From contig NC_087437.1 of the NCBI RefSeq assembly GCF_036321535.1, positions 96,660,001 through 96,724,000 on the forward strand: a stretch of DNA of 64,000 nt, read 5' to 3'. A program made the translations under genes and the position numbers. Shown one piece after another: positions 1 through 13,877 of the stretch. Within the stretch, counting starts at the first letter, position 1, and each line of letters begins with the position of its first letter. The stretch is from Camelus dromedarius (taxonomy: Eukaryota). Under the pieces are notes generated by a model. That model saw only the letters and a list, made by a program, of their open reading frames with translations, was not told the DNA's origin and did not search any database.

Positions 1-530
1 AAGTTAAATTGAGAGTCAATGAACCCAGTTAAAATTACAAAGTTCTTTTACTGTATTGTATACTAAGGATTTTTTTTTAACAGAATTGAGAATATTAGTA
101 CAATCCAGAAATTTTCTTAAAAGAATAATGGCTAAATCATTACCCCGAAAATTAGAACTGCCATGAGCCAAATGTATTAGCTGTATCATGTCTGAGTAAT
201 ACACACAAAGACTGGTTTTAGACTTGTTCAATTCCAGTTGACATCCAACTACTGAAGAAGTTGGCCTAACATATGAATCTCATCATATTACACTATTATC
301 TTTTTAAAATATGGTTCTTAAACCATGGATTAACTTATATGGAACAGAGGCAAGACCATGGAATGGAGGATGACATCTCAGATATTGGGTAAAATTCTGT
401 GCATGTGTGTGCATGTACCTTTAAAAGAAATGATAAAATGTATCATTGACAGTTAATACAGATTCTCTGTCAATAAGAGAACTCTGACTTGAAATTGTTC
501 TAGTCCAAATGCAAGACAAGAATACAAAAT

Positions 531-690
531 CAGGCAAGTCTCTTACCGTCTCCACACTTTGGTTTCCACATCTATAAAACATAGCAGTACCAACCTAATA
601 GCACTGCTGCAATGACTGCATGAGATTTTTCCATGGGCTGAGCACACAGTAAGCACTCAGTAAATGTTTACTACTATTGGTGTTACTATA
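531..690 (+). mobile_element. MIR SINE fragment
   Basis: ggcaagtc...ggtttccacatctataaaa...cacagtaagcactcagtaaatg resembles the MIR core and 3' tail. Confidence 0.65.
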
Positions 691-3359
691 ATATATAATC
701 ACTTTATTAGTATAACCTCTATCACTACACTCAAAGGAATTTGTGACCCCATTAAGACAGAGGACTACCATCTGCAAGACGTAGTTTTCCTGCAATTGCA
801 GGTCATTCAAAATACAGCTTCTGCCTATCTCTCCATTGTGATTTTCACCACAGGCTGTTCCTACCTACCAAATTAAAGGTCATTCTGAATGGTATCCCTT
901 ACCTACATTTCCCTGAAGGCTCCATGTTTTCAACAACTCTGCACCTTAGTCAGATTTATGACATACACCAAAGTTCTAAAGATGAAAATACTAGATGCTC
1001 AATCAATATTTTATATAAATATATGAGTAAGTATATCACTTTTGTTATTCTGTCAGTGGAGCTACAGATAGCTAAATTTTGATCAAAAAACTCTAGAACA
1101 ACTGAAGATTGCTTCTACTGTGGTTTACGACAAATTGGATGTGTGGGACTTTAGTACCAGGTGCTACCATCTAGGCATGCTGAAGAAATCATTTGCAAAT
1201 AATATTCACTGGAGTTTAATCAGATATTGATATTAAATAATCCTTTGTGTTTCCTTAAATATTTTATTGAAATAGGTTATACCAATACTGATTTTTCTTT
1301 GTGAAAATCTTGAAACCACTGCATGATCAACACATAGAAAGACTCTGTTTTTTGGTTACTTTTCTATTATAAGTTTAATGATGATTAAGGACTATCAAAA
1401 GAATCTTTTTAGAGAGCATGATAACATGACTTAAATGACAATCAGGAAATGGGATATTATCAGAACACTTTCTGAATTTAACACTTACCAGTAATTTAAA
1501 GGGGTGGTGGTAACAAAATCATTTTCTCCCTTTAAATGAAAGATATTTCTTCCTTGAAATCTCTAAATTACAGTTCTATAGAACTGTATTTTTAAAATAA
1601 GGATAAGACCTCTTGCAATAATAAAACCAAGTCAAAGGTGAGTATAGCGATTCCAAGGACAAAAAGAAAAATTTTTTGCTTGTAAAGTGGGAACAGCCAT
1701 ATTGTATTCAGTTTTCTTAACGTTGTACAATGGCATGCTGAAATTCTTTTTCTGAAGCCTCTACCTTGGAAAGTAAAAGAAGTGTATAAAGATATCTGAA
1801 TACAACCTGTACTTATTGCTTTGTGTTTGACCATCAAGCTCAGCATGAATGGGCCTTCACAGTTGACCAAACTGAATGGAAGCGACAGCATCACATTTCT
1901 ATGGAGTTATCTGCAAGATATGCACCTAAATTCATTTTTGAAGTATTTACTCCCCTAAAAACACCTCGGACAAGATTTTGATCCAGAATAGGTTGAAAAA
2001 GAGGCCATGTTTCATCAGTTGCAGATAGTTTTTAGGCTTGGAATTAAATCTGTTTCCAAATCTTTAGGATACTATCAAAAAAGACTGAGATGGCATTGTG
2101 TCCCTCACTTTATGCATTGCATTAAAATAATAAATAAATATAAATCTAAGTCTCTTTACGAAAAAAATTATTTAGTAAATCATAATGATTTTGATATGAC
2201 TTCTATTGCAAAGCATACAAATGTTTAGTTAAATTTAGACTGAAAGTCAGAGTAGCTTTAGTCCAGCAAATAAAGAATATGAGCTACCTTAATTATTGGG
2301 ATACTTTTCATTTGGGGACCTAATTTCTCTTCATTTTTGTCTATTTATGCTATCTGTTAATGCCTTTTCAAAGTGAGTGATTTAATAAAACGTTAAATTT
2401 CCTTTCAAGGGATGTCTTCTGTTTCAGAGTGAAATGACCACCAGATAACATCATTGCTGCAACAGAAATCCTGAGTGTAGTTTTCAGTTAAAAAGAGTGT
2501 GTCTGCATAGAGAAAAATGAGCTTGTTTTTCTGCTGAATGGAGAAAAGCAGCAAATGGGAGTACTATGAATGTTTTAAAATGATCTTTTTCTGCTTGAAT
2601 TATATTTCGCTAAAATACATCAGAGACTCAATTCCTTGGGTCTCTCAAAAAACATCTGCAGTTTCTAGAAAACTTATGAAAAATGTTATTTTCCACTCAG
2701 TTCATTTACTTTGAAGCCTTATCAGATGAGGGATCAAATGAAACCAATCATCCCCAGATTTTTCCAGGTTATTACCATGCAGACATGGAATTAACCCTCC
2801 ATCCAGCCACTCTCAAAATGCAATGCTTTCTTGTCACAAAGCGAAAGGAGTGGAACACAAAGAATTATTCTGGATTATGCTGAAGGAGGAGAAAATGCTC
2901 ACAGGCAGAGGAATACAAATGTATAGAGTTACAGTTAACAGTGAAAGACAAGAATAACGATAGCTTAGAATAGGGTGGCTATTTTTGTAAATGTAGAAAA
3001 GTTGCTTTTACATTCAAGTACTCAATACATCAAACTCTGACAAGATGGATTTTATAAACAAGCAGCAACTGAAAATCTGGAAGAAAATGAAAGGAGTATG
3101 AATTTTAAAAGAGTAAAATGTTTGCTTAATATTCCATGTAGGTATACTATTTTCAAAGGAGGCAATAATAACTGTACTGGAGTGTTTTTGTATGAGATAT
3201 ACAAATTGATGTTGACATTTAAAAAAAAATAAAGAACACTGCTACTGGTTACTTTTGTTATAAATTTCCATCACAAGGGAGAAAAAAATCTTTGAGTTAT
3301 ATGTAAACTACTGAACTAAAAGTTTGAATTGAGTCAAATAATTTCTGACTCGATAGTTA

Positions 3360-3860
3360 AGGCCTCCTCAGGTGTGTGCTTTAGACCTCTGCTCTTAATA
3401 CTTTCTGCAGGGAACTTATTCTCTCTCACTGTGTCAGGTATCATTTCTATGACAAGAGCCAAATCTCTAGTTTAGTATTCTCCAGCTAAGGGCAGCTCTA
3501 GGCTTGGTTCAGGTGCTACCTGAATGCTCATTCGTAACCTCAAATTCTACGTATCTCAAAATGGACCCCTCACCCCTCTCCTGTCCCATATATCATCCCT
3601 CTCTCCTTCCCAACAAAATTCCATCTTTCATCAGGTCCCTTTAAAAATCTTAGTTGTGGGGTTTAACCCCTCAATTTCTTTCAGATTCACTTATGCACGG
3701 ATTCCTGAGGATTCTTCCTTCTTTCTTTCACTTTGTGTCTGCTGCTCACTTCCATCCCTCTCTAGACTCAATTTCACACTACCATTATTCCAAAAGCCTT
3801 AGAGTTTCTCGGTTCCAAGTACATTCCTATTCCTCTCCCTCATCACTCCACACCTAGAAA
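3360..3860 (+). mobile_element. L2 LINE fragment
   Basis: Pyrimidine-rich degenerate L2-like text (tatcatttctatgaca..ccaaatctcta, acctcaaattc). Confidence 0.5.
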
Positions 3861-5098
3861 AATACTTTTGGATTTTAGACAGTAAGGCGTAACTTTCCTT
3901 TAAACAAACAAACAAGCATGTTAGCCAAGTAAATCTCACGCTTTCACGGAGCGCTCTAAATTCTTCTCACTCCCTTGGCCAGTAGAAATCCATTTATTCA
4001 GCCAGCTGAATTACAAATTGCACTTTTCTAAGCCCAGTTTATGCAGCCAGGATTAAGCAAATTGCCTTGTGAGTTTTATGATGAAGCACAAAACTCTGAA
4101 CCATCATGCCAAGGCTCGGCATTTATTTGGACAGCATTTACTCATGCTGCCACGATGTCTTTGCAACACTGATTTATAGTCAAAGGTGCCAGAACATCAC
4201 TTACTGTATTAAAACTTGGCTGTGTTTCTCCATTTTCTGAGTTCACTGCAAATTTGAAAAAAATATGTTGACTGCAGGGGGAAAAAAATGAGATGCAGAC
4301 TCTTTTTTTGAGGTGGCTTATATCTGATAAATTTATCTCAACTGCCCACACTGAAATCAGGTCTATTGGACAGCTTCCTCATATGAATCCTAAAATGATA
4401 AAGCAGACATCAATTAAAATCTGGTTGATTTTCTTCTATTTGACTTATGTGTACCTTTAAAAATAAAATAAAGAAATACTATCTGGTAAATAGGGTCCTT
4501 AATTCAATTTCTAAACATTTCCTGTGAGATGATGAGCTGAAAAAAAAGAGTGTAGCAGCTTTGATGTAGTTAACATGCATTCACCAGTAAATGTGAATTG
4601 AACTCAAATGTACAGAAACACAAACACAATTCACAGTGAAAACATACCCACTACCTAAAATCTATCAATAATCAGGAAATGAGGAGGTTGTATATCTGTT
4701 TTCATTAGTTTACAACCAAGTGATTCCTTTAATTATCCTCATTGGGCTCAACAAGGTATTAAACAGCCAATGATCAGACACAGAAACAAAGGCATGAATA
4801 AGAGCACAATGTCTGACTTTGCCAGGCTCAATAAGCACCACCTTGATGTGCTGATGGTTCTTAATGAAGACAACTGCCACCAATTAGACAACTAACAATT
4901 AGCTTGAAAACTGAAGTGTCAAAACAGGAACAAGGGACTGACCCCTGAATACTAAATTATTTTTAGGTGGCATTTAATCACTCTCACAACAGCAAAAGAC
5001 AGATTTTAGGGGTTGCTCTTTACTACAATGAGGAATTTTGCTTTACATTTTACATTTTGCAGGCTGACACGTTAGCTTTTTTTCCCCTCTTCTTTTCT

Positions 5099-5900
5099 TT
5101 TTTTGTGTTTTTCCCCCAGTGGTACTTTTTTAAATTAAGTTATAGTCAGTTTACAATGTTGTGTCAACTTTCAGAGCAGAGCACAATTTTTCAGTTATAC
5201 ATGAACATACATATATTCACTGTCACATTCTTTTTCACTGTGAGCTACCACAAGATCTTGTATATATTTCCCTGTGCTATACAGTATAATCTTGTCTATT
5301 CTACATATGCCTGTTAGTATATACAAATTTCGAACTCCCAGTCTGTTCCTCCCTACCCACTCCCCCCTGGCAACCACAAGTTTGTATTCTATGACTATGA
5401 GTCTGTTTCTGTTTTGTATTTATGTTCTCCTTTTTTTTTTTTTTAGGTTCCACATATGAACGATCTCATATGGTATTTTTCTTTCTCTTTCTGGCTTACT
5501 TCACTTAGAATGACATTCTCCAGGGACATCCATGTTGCTGCAAATGGCATTATGTTGTCATTTTTATGGCTGAATAGTATTCCACAAATGACAAATGCTG
5601 GAGAGGCTGTGGAGGAAAGGGAACCCTCCTACACTGCTGGTGGGAATGCAGTTTGGTGCAGCCACTGTGGAAAACAGTATGGAGATTCCTCAAAAGACTA
5701 GGAATAGACTTACCATATGACCCAGTAATCCTACTCCTGGGCATATATCCGGAAGGAAACCTACTTCAAAAAGACACCTGCACCCTAAAGTTCATAGCAG
5801 CACTATTTACAATAGCCAAGACATGGAAACAGCCTAAATGTCCATTGACAGATGACTGGATAAAGAAGATGTGGTATATTTATACCATGGAATAGTATTC
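5099..5900 (-). mobile_element. 5'-truncated L1 with internal inversion (twin priming)
   Basis: 5099-5584 is an L1 3' end in minus orientation with a T-rich tail. 5585-~5895 is the L1 ORF2 C-terminal region in plus orientation ([20 protein letters not shown]...WIKKMWYIYTME). cttcttttct flanks both sides (5089-5098, 5904-5913). Confidence 0.9.
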
Positions 5901-8900
5901 CTACTTCTTTTCTAACTTTTGCTGGTATCTAGCTTGATACACTCTTTCATTATGATCAAATTGTATTAGTGAATATATAGTTCAAAAGATGGGCCACATA
6001 CAGTGTTTAAACATAGGACCTAAGCAGATAGTGTATATATTCTGGATTCAGACAGACCTCAGGTTCAGTTCTGGCTCCTAGAGGGCAAGTTATTTCTGAA
6101 GTAGAAAACATGAGTGTCAGATTCTTTAGCCAATATTATTTACAATGACAATAAAAGCTATCTTAGTATTGGGGTCCAGTGAGGATTGAGGAGAAACCTA
6201 AGGTCAGCCTGGGGGAGGAGGAGCCATTTATGTAAATATATCATATAAACAGAAGATACAGATATCATATCCATATATATATATACACATAGATACATAT
6301 GTAAATGTAAGGTATATATACATATATCTTATTCCTTTACTAAGAACATTGCCTGAAGTGATCACTGCCCACAGAATTTTTTTCATAAAACCAAGGATTT
6401 TCAAACACTTGACACACTTTTGCACTAACCACTGTCTTCCTCTACATAAAAAAATTTAAATTCTTCCTGTATGTACACTGGCAGACAGCCCACATTTGCC
6501 ATACTACAATTATTTCTGAATGACTTGGCATAACCTTTAATGATATGCTTCTTGCATCACAGGATTTGATGTTCCATTTTTGCCCATCTCATCGCTTTAG
6601 TCTCCAGGAACTGTATTTGCGTGATTATTATTAATACACAGGAGCATTTCCGCATGGTTGTCCCTTAGCGTCTACACCCTTGGGCTGCCTTAGAGGTGCG
6701 ATCACCTTTGGATCTCCACTGGCTCAGTTCCCTTGGATGGGATCCAAGACAGAACTGCCTTATGCTGAGCTTCACTGCTGTGGCCAATGGTGTAATAATG
6801 AGGTTCCCATGCCAATACACCTTGGATTTTAGAGGGTCATATTTCCCACATAAGCAGAGGCATTTAAAATGGTATGTTTCTTTTAATTTCATTTCATTCA
6901 ACTTTTTTTCTTTAACGAGCAGGTCCAGATACTATACAACAAAGCACAACAGTGTCAGTAACCTGAAATTTCCCATAAACTAACACACAGACATCACACA
7001 CACATACACACACACATTTGGGTATAAACAGTCACAGTATTATGGGAATGAAAATTTTCTTATTTTTCCCTTCAAGGAGGAATCTGCCACTCAACATTAA
7101 TGTTAAACATTTGAATCATTACACAAAACATATAACTCCAATGAATATCTTATAAAAGCCAGAATGTAGAATATATATAATTTTATTATCAAATTAATAT
7201 AGCCACTCTTTTTTTAGTGGCACCATGCTTAGTCATTAATGCAAAGCTTCACGTAAGTACATATTTATGAAGAGGAATATACGAGCAAAGATTTTCAAGC
7301 TTATTGCACTCATGCCAAAGGTAGTTAGTTGTATGCATGAGGAAAAGGACACAGGTCTACCCTCACAGTCAACTGCAGCTAGCTCAGCTGAAGAGAGCTT
7401 TCCAATTCTTGGCAGAATAACAAATTCTCAAGCAGACAGGGGATAGGGGTGAGATTTTTTCTTCTGTAAGTAACTTAATGAATGAAGTACTAATTAACAT
7501 TATGGCATTGATAAATGGAGAGAGAGATTAGGGATGTACTCGATATTCAGACCTTCGCAGATGGACTGTCAAAGCCACATTAATTCCTATCTCATTGGAG
7601 CATCTGCTTCTCCCATAATCCACTGCCCCTTGGTACGAACAACACAAACTGTTGTGACTCAATTCGATTTATATCAATCTAATTTCTTTTAATCCAATTT
7701 GTATTCCAATCTACTACCTTCTAATCACTTAAATCTTCAGCCTCCATCTGGTAAATTTTCTCTCAGAATTAACTGAGCAGATGCCTCTGCGATTGTCTTC
7801 CACAGTCAAGCTAATCAGACCCTCACAGTGGCCTATAGAACCCACTGAATAGGTACGTGACTTACGGTGTTGCCCTTCCAGTTACAAACTCTGAGAGGTA
7901 GGAAGACCATTTTATCTATCATTAATTGGTTCATCTGCATAACACTGCTTGGGAAGAAACACTGGACACAAAAGCCAAGAGAAGAAAAAATACAGGAAAA
8001 GAGCTAAATGTGCTCATTTCTCAAATAAGCTTTACAATTTAATCTGTCCTCTGTTTAGGTGAACAAACATGGGGTTAGAATATTATTTAATACTGCATAA
8101 TCTAAAAAGCTACCTACCCTCTGCAAGATACGGGATTAGAGGAATTTTGTCTAGTCATCATAAAGTCATACTGAGACCCAACTTTGGCTAACATATTCTT
8201 AAAATAAGCTTCTGAATTTCGGAAACTTTTTTGTTACTGATTTATTCACTGGAGCATATCTGATATAAACAATACACCCCTCGGCTAATGCTGGCTTTCA
8301 TTCCCATGGAAGTTCCACTGTGATCCATAATTATTGTCACAAATTAAATGTTGCCCTATGAGTAGGTTGGACAGCACTACCTGTGCATAAGCACCATTCT
8401 GGAGACACAGTAATTAACAACAATGTAAATAAATAAAGGACCCAGGATACATAAAGACAAACACTACACTGAACTACTTTGAGGTGGAATTGATTTTCTT
8501 GTGAGAACTACAGGATAGGTTTCATTAATTTACAGTCATACTTCTTACATAGCGTATCTTGATAATATTTTAAAGTATTTTTTCTCAAATTTCAAAACAT
8601 CATAAATAGAAATACCAACTATTCAGTGGGCCCAGATAAGGATTTAGCCTCAGAAGGATTTTTGCTGTTAGAAAACCCTGAAAGATTAGCATAGAAAATC
8701 ATTAAATCTAGAACATAGTCTATCTTGGAGCAAAGAATGCTTAGTAAGTCAGTCTCATTAATACTATGAAAAAGGAAAATGTCAAAAATGCCTTCATAAA
8801 GCATAACATACAGCATAAACAGATAAAACAACTGAATGTAAAATCTATTTCTAGAATTCTGACTAGAGTAAGATATAAAATGTGACTGGGTCACCGAGTA

Positions 8901-9069
8901 TCCAAAGCAACCAGAGAAATCCAGTTGGAGAAATCAGAGGGTGACAGCATTGAAACTTCTGAGAAGCTAGTGGGACTGGAGAATTGAGGGGCACAGTGAG
9001 AAACACCGATTCATCTCTTTATCTCAGCACGAAGATAGTTAAGTGGTTATTCAGGGAATAAAACCAGTC

Positions 9070-9460
9070 ATTTCTGAACCCAGATTAGCCTCAGATGTGC
9101 TGCTCTGAGCCTCAGGTGTTTCATCTGCAAGGTGGACCAAAAATTATGTCTGCTTCTATATACTATGTTAAGGATGAAATGAGTTCATGTAAACCACAAT
9201 TTTTGAATTCTAAGGCACCATATAAATAAATGTAAGACCTCACAGCAAGGCCATTTAAGAACATGGACTCTAGACTCAAACTTGAGAACCAGAGTTAAGA
9301 GTTGGGTAACTTTTAGTAAATTACTAACCCTCTCAGTACTTCAGTGTAAAACAGCAATGATAATATCTCCTATCCCATGTTATAAGAAGAAAATGAATTA
9401 ATATATAACATACCTAGATGAGCAGCTGGGGCAAAGTATCTCATGAAAACGTAAGCGTCA
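9070..9460 (+). mobile_element. Two adjacent MIR fragments
   Basis: ctctgagcctcaggtgtttcatctgcaa and ttgggtaactt..aaattactaaccctctcagtacttcagtgtaaaa MIR core motifs. Confidence 0.55.
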
Positions 9461-10173
9461 GCTAAATGATAAAAGCTAAAAAAGTTGTCTTTATATTGTT
9501 AAGTTCTCAAGGAAGTCTAGAGATGCCTTAACAGTTCAATAGCCAAAGAGTAGTGTCTATTTTCTCAAATGCATTCTTCTTTTCAGTAAAGGCAAACTGA
9601 GTTGTAAGGATATAACTATTTCAGGTGCTGCAGTGAGGTCTACCTATATAGAGTGGAAAGAAAATATGGTTTATATTGTACTTTTAATTGGCTTTCATAT
9701 GAAAACAATCACCTCAGTGGTATCAGTAATTTTATTAAAACACTGAAACAAACGCTTACGTATACTATGTGCCAGGTATTGTGCCAAAGGGAGGGAGTCC
9801 CACCCTCACAGAGCTGAGAGTCTTGTGCCCTGAGACTTTGATTAAACCCTTTTCCCCTCTGAGCAGTAAAATATTTGAAGCAGACATGTCATGTGCTTCC
9901 CTGAAGGCCTAACAGGCTCATATAACTGGTTCAGTTATATGTGATACAAGAATAAAAGTATTAATGTACATGCAAGAATAAAAGTATTAATCAAAAGCCC
10001 ACTTCCATAATCCTGGCCTCAAGGAGAAAGTAGAGATATAAATGAGCAGGGATTCTGGAACACCCAGGAACAATTCTGTACTTGGCTGAACCACCGGTAC
10101 ACTCAGACTACCCTGTCTGTGCCACACCTCTGATAAGGCAAAGAATGGTCCTTAAGCCTTTGATGGATAAGAA

Positions 10174-10183
10174 ATAGATAGAT

Positions 10184-10223
<40 letters not shown>

Positions 10224-10237
10224 CAGACAGATAGATA
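10174..10237. repeat. (GATA)n/(GACA)n microsatellite
   Basis: Directly visible tandem repeat. Confidence 0.95.
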
Positions 10238-10507
10238 TCTCTCCAAGAGGACCAGATGCTACCTTAAAAATCTAGATAAATTTGGAAGGTCTAGTTGATG
10301 AAGGACCACAGTCCCAGCTTCCATATTACCACAGTCCTAGCTGATTCCAATCATTTCTTGTCTAACCTTTTACCAAAGACCTGTTAGTGCCAAGCCTCAT
10401 CCAAGCAATCATTCACCCAAACTGAATCCATAATTGACCAGGCTTGCCAGCGATGTGCATACAAGAATATAAGAAGCAGTTTATCAATTGTTGTCTTATG
10501 ATTTTAG

Positions 10508-10508
<1 letters not shown>

Positions 10509-10552
<44 letters not shown>

Positions 10553-10643
10553 TACATATACATATACACACATATATATACACATATGTGTATATATATA
10601 TAGTATTTAGTTATATATATATATATATATATAAACTATATAT
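10509..10643. repeat. Compound (TA)n/(CA)n microsatellite
   Basis: Directly visible. Confidence 0.95.
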
Positions 10644-10939
10644 TTATTCTGCAGGATATAACTTAGTATTTTCAATGCCTAGCACAGTACCCTGATACAT
10701 ATACATATTTAACAAATATTAACACATTTTTAATAATTCTGATGTTCAATAACAAAAATACCAATATAGCTATACCTTGTCAAATTTTTGGTATTGGGTG
10801 CTTCATGAAAATTATTTTAACTCTCAGTACAACCTTTGTATAAGCATTCCTGTTTCACAGATGAGAAATCCAAGAATTTAAACAGCTTGTAAAAATTCAT
10901 ATTCCTAGTACTCAAGATTATAAAAACATAACAGTGTTA

Positions 10940-11750
10940 TTATATGGTATTTATCTTTCTCTTTCTAGCTTATTTCACTTAGAATGACAATCTCTAGGTC
11001 CATCCATGTTGTGCAAATGGCATTATTTTATTCTTTTTATGGCTGAGTAATATTCCATTGAATAAATATACCACAACTTCTTACACAGTCACCTGTTGAT
11101 GGACATTTATGCTACTTTCATTTCTTGGCTATTGTATATAGTGCTGCTATGAAAACTGGGGTGCATGTATCTTTTCAAATTAGACTTCCCTCTGGATATA
11201 GGCTCAGGAGTGAGATTGCTAGATCATATGGTAAGTCTACTTTTAGTTTTTTAAGGAATCTCCATACAGTTTCCCATAGTGGCTGCATCAAACTACATTC
11301 CCACCAGCATTGTAGGAGGGTTCCCATTTCTCCACACTCTCTCTAGCATTTATCATTCATGGACTTTTGAATGATGGCCATTCTGACTGGTGAGAGGTGA
11401 TACCTCATGGCAGTTTTGACTTGTATTTCTCTGATAATTAGCAATATTGAGCATTTTTTTATGTGCCTTTTGGCCATTTGTATGTCTTCACTGGAGAACT
11501 GCTTGTTTAAGTCTTCTGTCCATTTTTGGATTAGGATTTTTTTTTTGTTATTAAGTGTATGAGCTGTTTATATATTCTGGAAATTAAACCTTTCTCAGTC
11601 GCATCATTTCCAAATATTTTTTTCCCATTCTGTAGGTTGTCATTTTGTTTTGTTTACGGTTTCCTTTGCTGTGCAAAAGCTTATAAGTTTAATTACACTG
11701 CATTTGTTTATTTTTGCTTTTATTTCTATTGCCTGGGTAGACTGCCCTAG
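10940..11750 (-). mobile_element. L1 fragment (ORF2 C-terminus / 3' UTR start), no poly(A) tail visible
   Basis: ttccatagtggctgcatcaaactacattcccaccagca, ggccattctgactggtgagaggtgatacctcat and ggccatttgtatgtcttc are typical L1 antisense text; homologous to the L1 at 5.1-5.9 kb. Confidence 0.9.
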
Positions 11751-11982
11751 GTGAAAACTGAAAATTTTGGGTTCTGTTTTTCAAAAGGCGAGAACGTATA
11801 CTTTAAATGTACTGTGTCATTTTGTGTTTTGTTTTGTTTTGTTGCCCAAGATTTTAGGAAATAATACATTCATCAGGAAAGAGTCCTGGTTTGTTTAAGT
11901 GAACTGTTCCAGCACCAACTTTGAGGCTCCCCATTTTCAAATCCTGTCCTTAAAAACTTCAGTATCATCAGTTTTAAGTAGT

Positions 11983-12485
11983 TAACAGGATTCAGGACAT
12001 GCTTCCCCAAAATAGGGCACATTGACTTACTGAATATTTTAAGATAAAGGAATTTGGGGAATGGTAAGTACAAGGACTTTGTGACCTTCTTCTGAAACAG
12101 GCCACAAGACCCTCACGTGAGAGATGCCCTATAACCAGAGAAAAAGAGTGCCCCTATCTCCAAAGACTAAGGGACACTGGAATGCAAAGGAACACAGATG
12201 TGAAGGAACAGGATGTGCTAAGTTTCCCCCAGTTTACTACACTTACCTCATACCCTCTGTCCTATCACAGTTTCCCAGGACTCTCCACTCCTCATCAAAC
12301 CTAATATAAAAACACTTCGGTTTAACCACGTTTGAGGTTTTCATTTCCTTATGAAGTCTCCTGTGTCACGTAAAACTTACATTAAATAAATGTGTTGGCT
12401 TTTCTTCTGTTAATCTGTTTTGTTACTGGAAGCCCAGCCAAGAAATTAGAAGGGTAGAAGGAAAAGATATTTGTTCTCCCCTACA
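11983..12485 (+). mobile_element. Solo ERV1-class LTR, MER34-like
   Basis: Starts taacaggattcaggacatgcttccccaaaat, contains AATAAA, ends agaagggtagaaggaaaagatatttgttctcccctaca. 4-bp TSD tagt at 11979-11982 and 12486-12489. Confidence 0.8.
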
Positions 12486-13695
12486 TAGTCCATTACAAAA
12501 TTCACAGTGATCAGTGATCACTGCTGAAATCTTTAAGGCAAAACTGAAAGTTCATAATTTTGAGTTCTTTTCTGGAGAATAAACACATTCAAAACTTAAA
12601 ATTTTCCATAAATGCCAAACTTGTAGTTTTAACTAAGGCAAATTATGAATGCTTCATATAGATTTATCTGTATATGATAGTGAGAATAATGATGTGAAGT
12701 GCTTCATTATTTAAATTAGAAAATATAACTGATTTTTATTTGAAGAGTTTAATTTTAAAGCAATCATTCTTAAAAATTTTACATAGTTTCACCTTGAAAT
12801 AATTTATAGGTGGTTGGTGAAATATAGCTTAATAAGAGAAGAAAGATCATCTGTCTTCCCTCCAGTTTTACTGGTTTTCTTTACTTTTTAAAATCTCCAT
12901 CACTTAAAAAAAGCAAACTTTAAGCCAAAAAAAATTCAAAACCACAGGTTGTTGTTAAGACTTTTTTGTACCATATATACTAAAACAACTCCCTTCTGCC
13001 AAATAAGTTTTAAACATTTAAATTCGGTGCTATGTTTAAGAACCAGTCTATTTTAATCCTTAAAAAGTTAAAATGTGTTCATAAGACAAGGCAGGAAGCA
13101 CAAGAAAGGGCAATAAGATCTGTACCACAATGTAGGGCAAAAATATAGAATTTATATATTACATTTTATAATACAGTAAAAAAAAAAAGGAAAATTATAA
13201 AAGAAATAAGTCCTCCTAAATAAAACGGCAAGATAGCAAAATATGCTTGAGCTTTTCAAACTCTTATTATTTAGTGACTTCTGCAAAGAACAATAATTTT
13301 AAGTCCCATTAGTGCGCAAGAAGAAATAATGGTACATAACTATAATATCCCTCCTACAGGAACTATATAGACCATATTTTGGTTTATATATTAACATATA
13401 AATACCAAAAAGATTTACTTTCTCTGTTACTTATTCTTATTAAGAGGTTACTGATTAAAGGAAAGAGTTAGGTCCAACCCTGACACAGGGACTATCTTAG
13501 AGCTCCCCTTCCCTGCTCATCTCCAAGTCTTTCATAAATTTAAGGACAGGAATCCCAAATCATCTCAAAAGACTGCCCAGCCTTGGTGAGAGAGGGTAAA
13601 TAATACTCTTAATTTTAAAATCTTACTGATGTACCCAATTTCCTTTATTAGTGAAATTCATCAGTATGTTCATCTAAGGTATTGCTTTATCTATA

Positions 13696-13877
13696 CAGTC
13701 GCTCCCCCTTCCCATCTGTGGTTCAGTCCATGGTTGATTGAATCGTTGGATGCAGAACCCATGGATACGGAGAGTGGACTGCACTACACCGTTTTATATA
13801 AGGAACTTGAACATCCCCAGATTTTGGTATCCACGGGGTCCTGGAACCAATCCCAAACAGATACTGTGAGACAACTG
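13696..13877 (-). mobile_element. TcMar-Tigger non-autonomous element (MER2/MER8-like)
   Basis: TA-flanked with cagtc...caactg termini; internal ttttggtatccacggggtcctggaaccaatccc. Confidence 0.8.

Noticed and set aside
5653..5895. 80-aa ORF as a host gene
   Set aside because: It is the C-terminal fragment of L1 ORF2.
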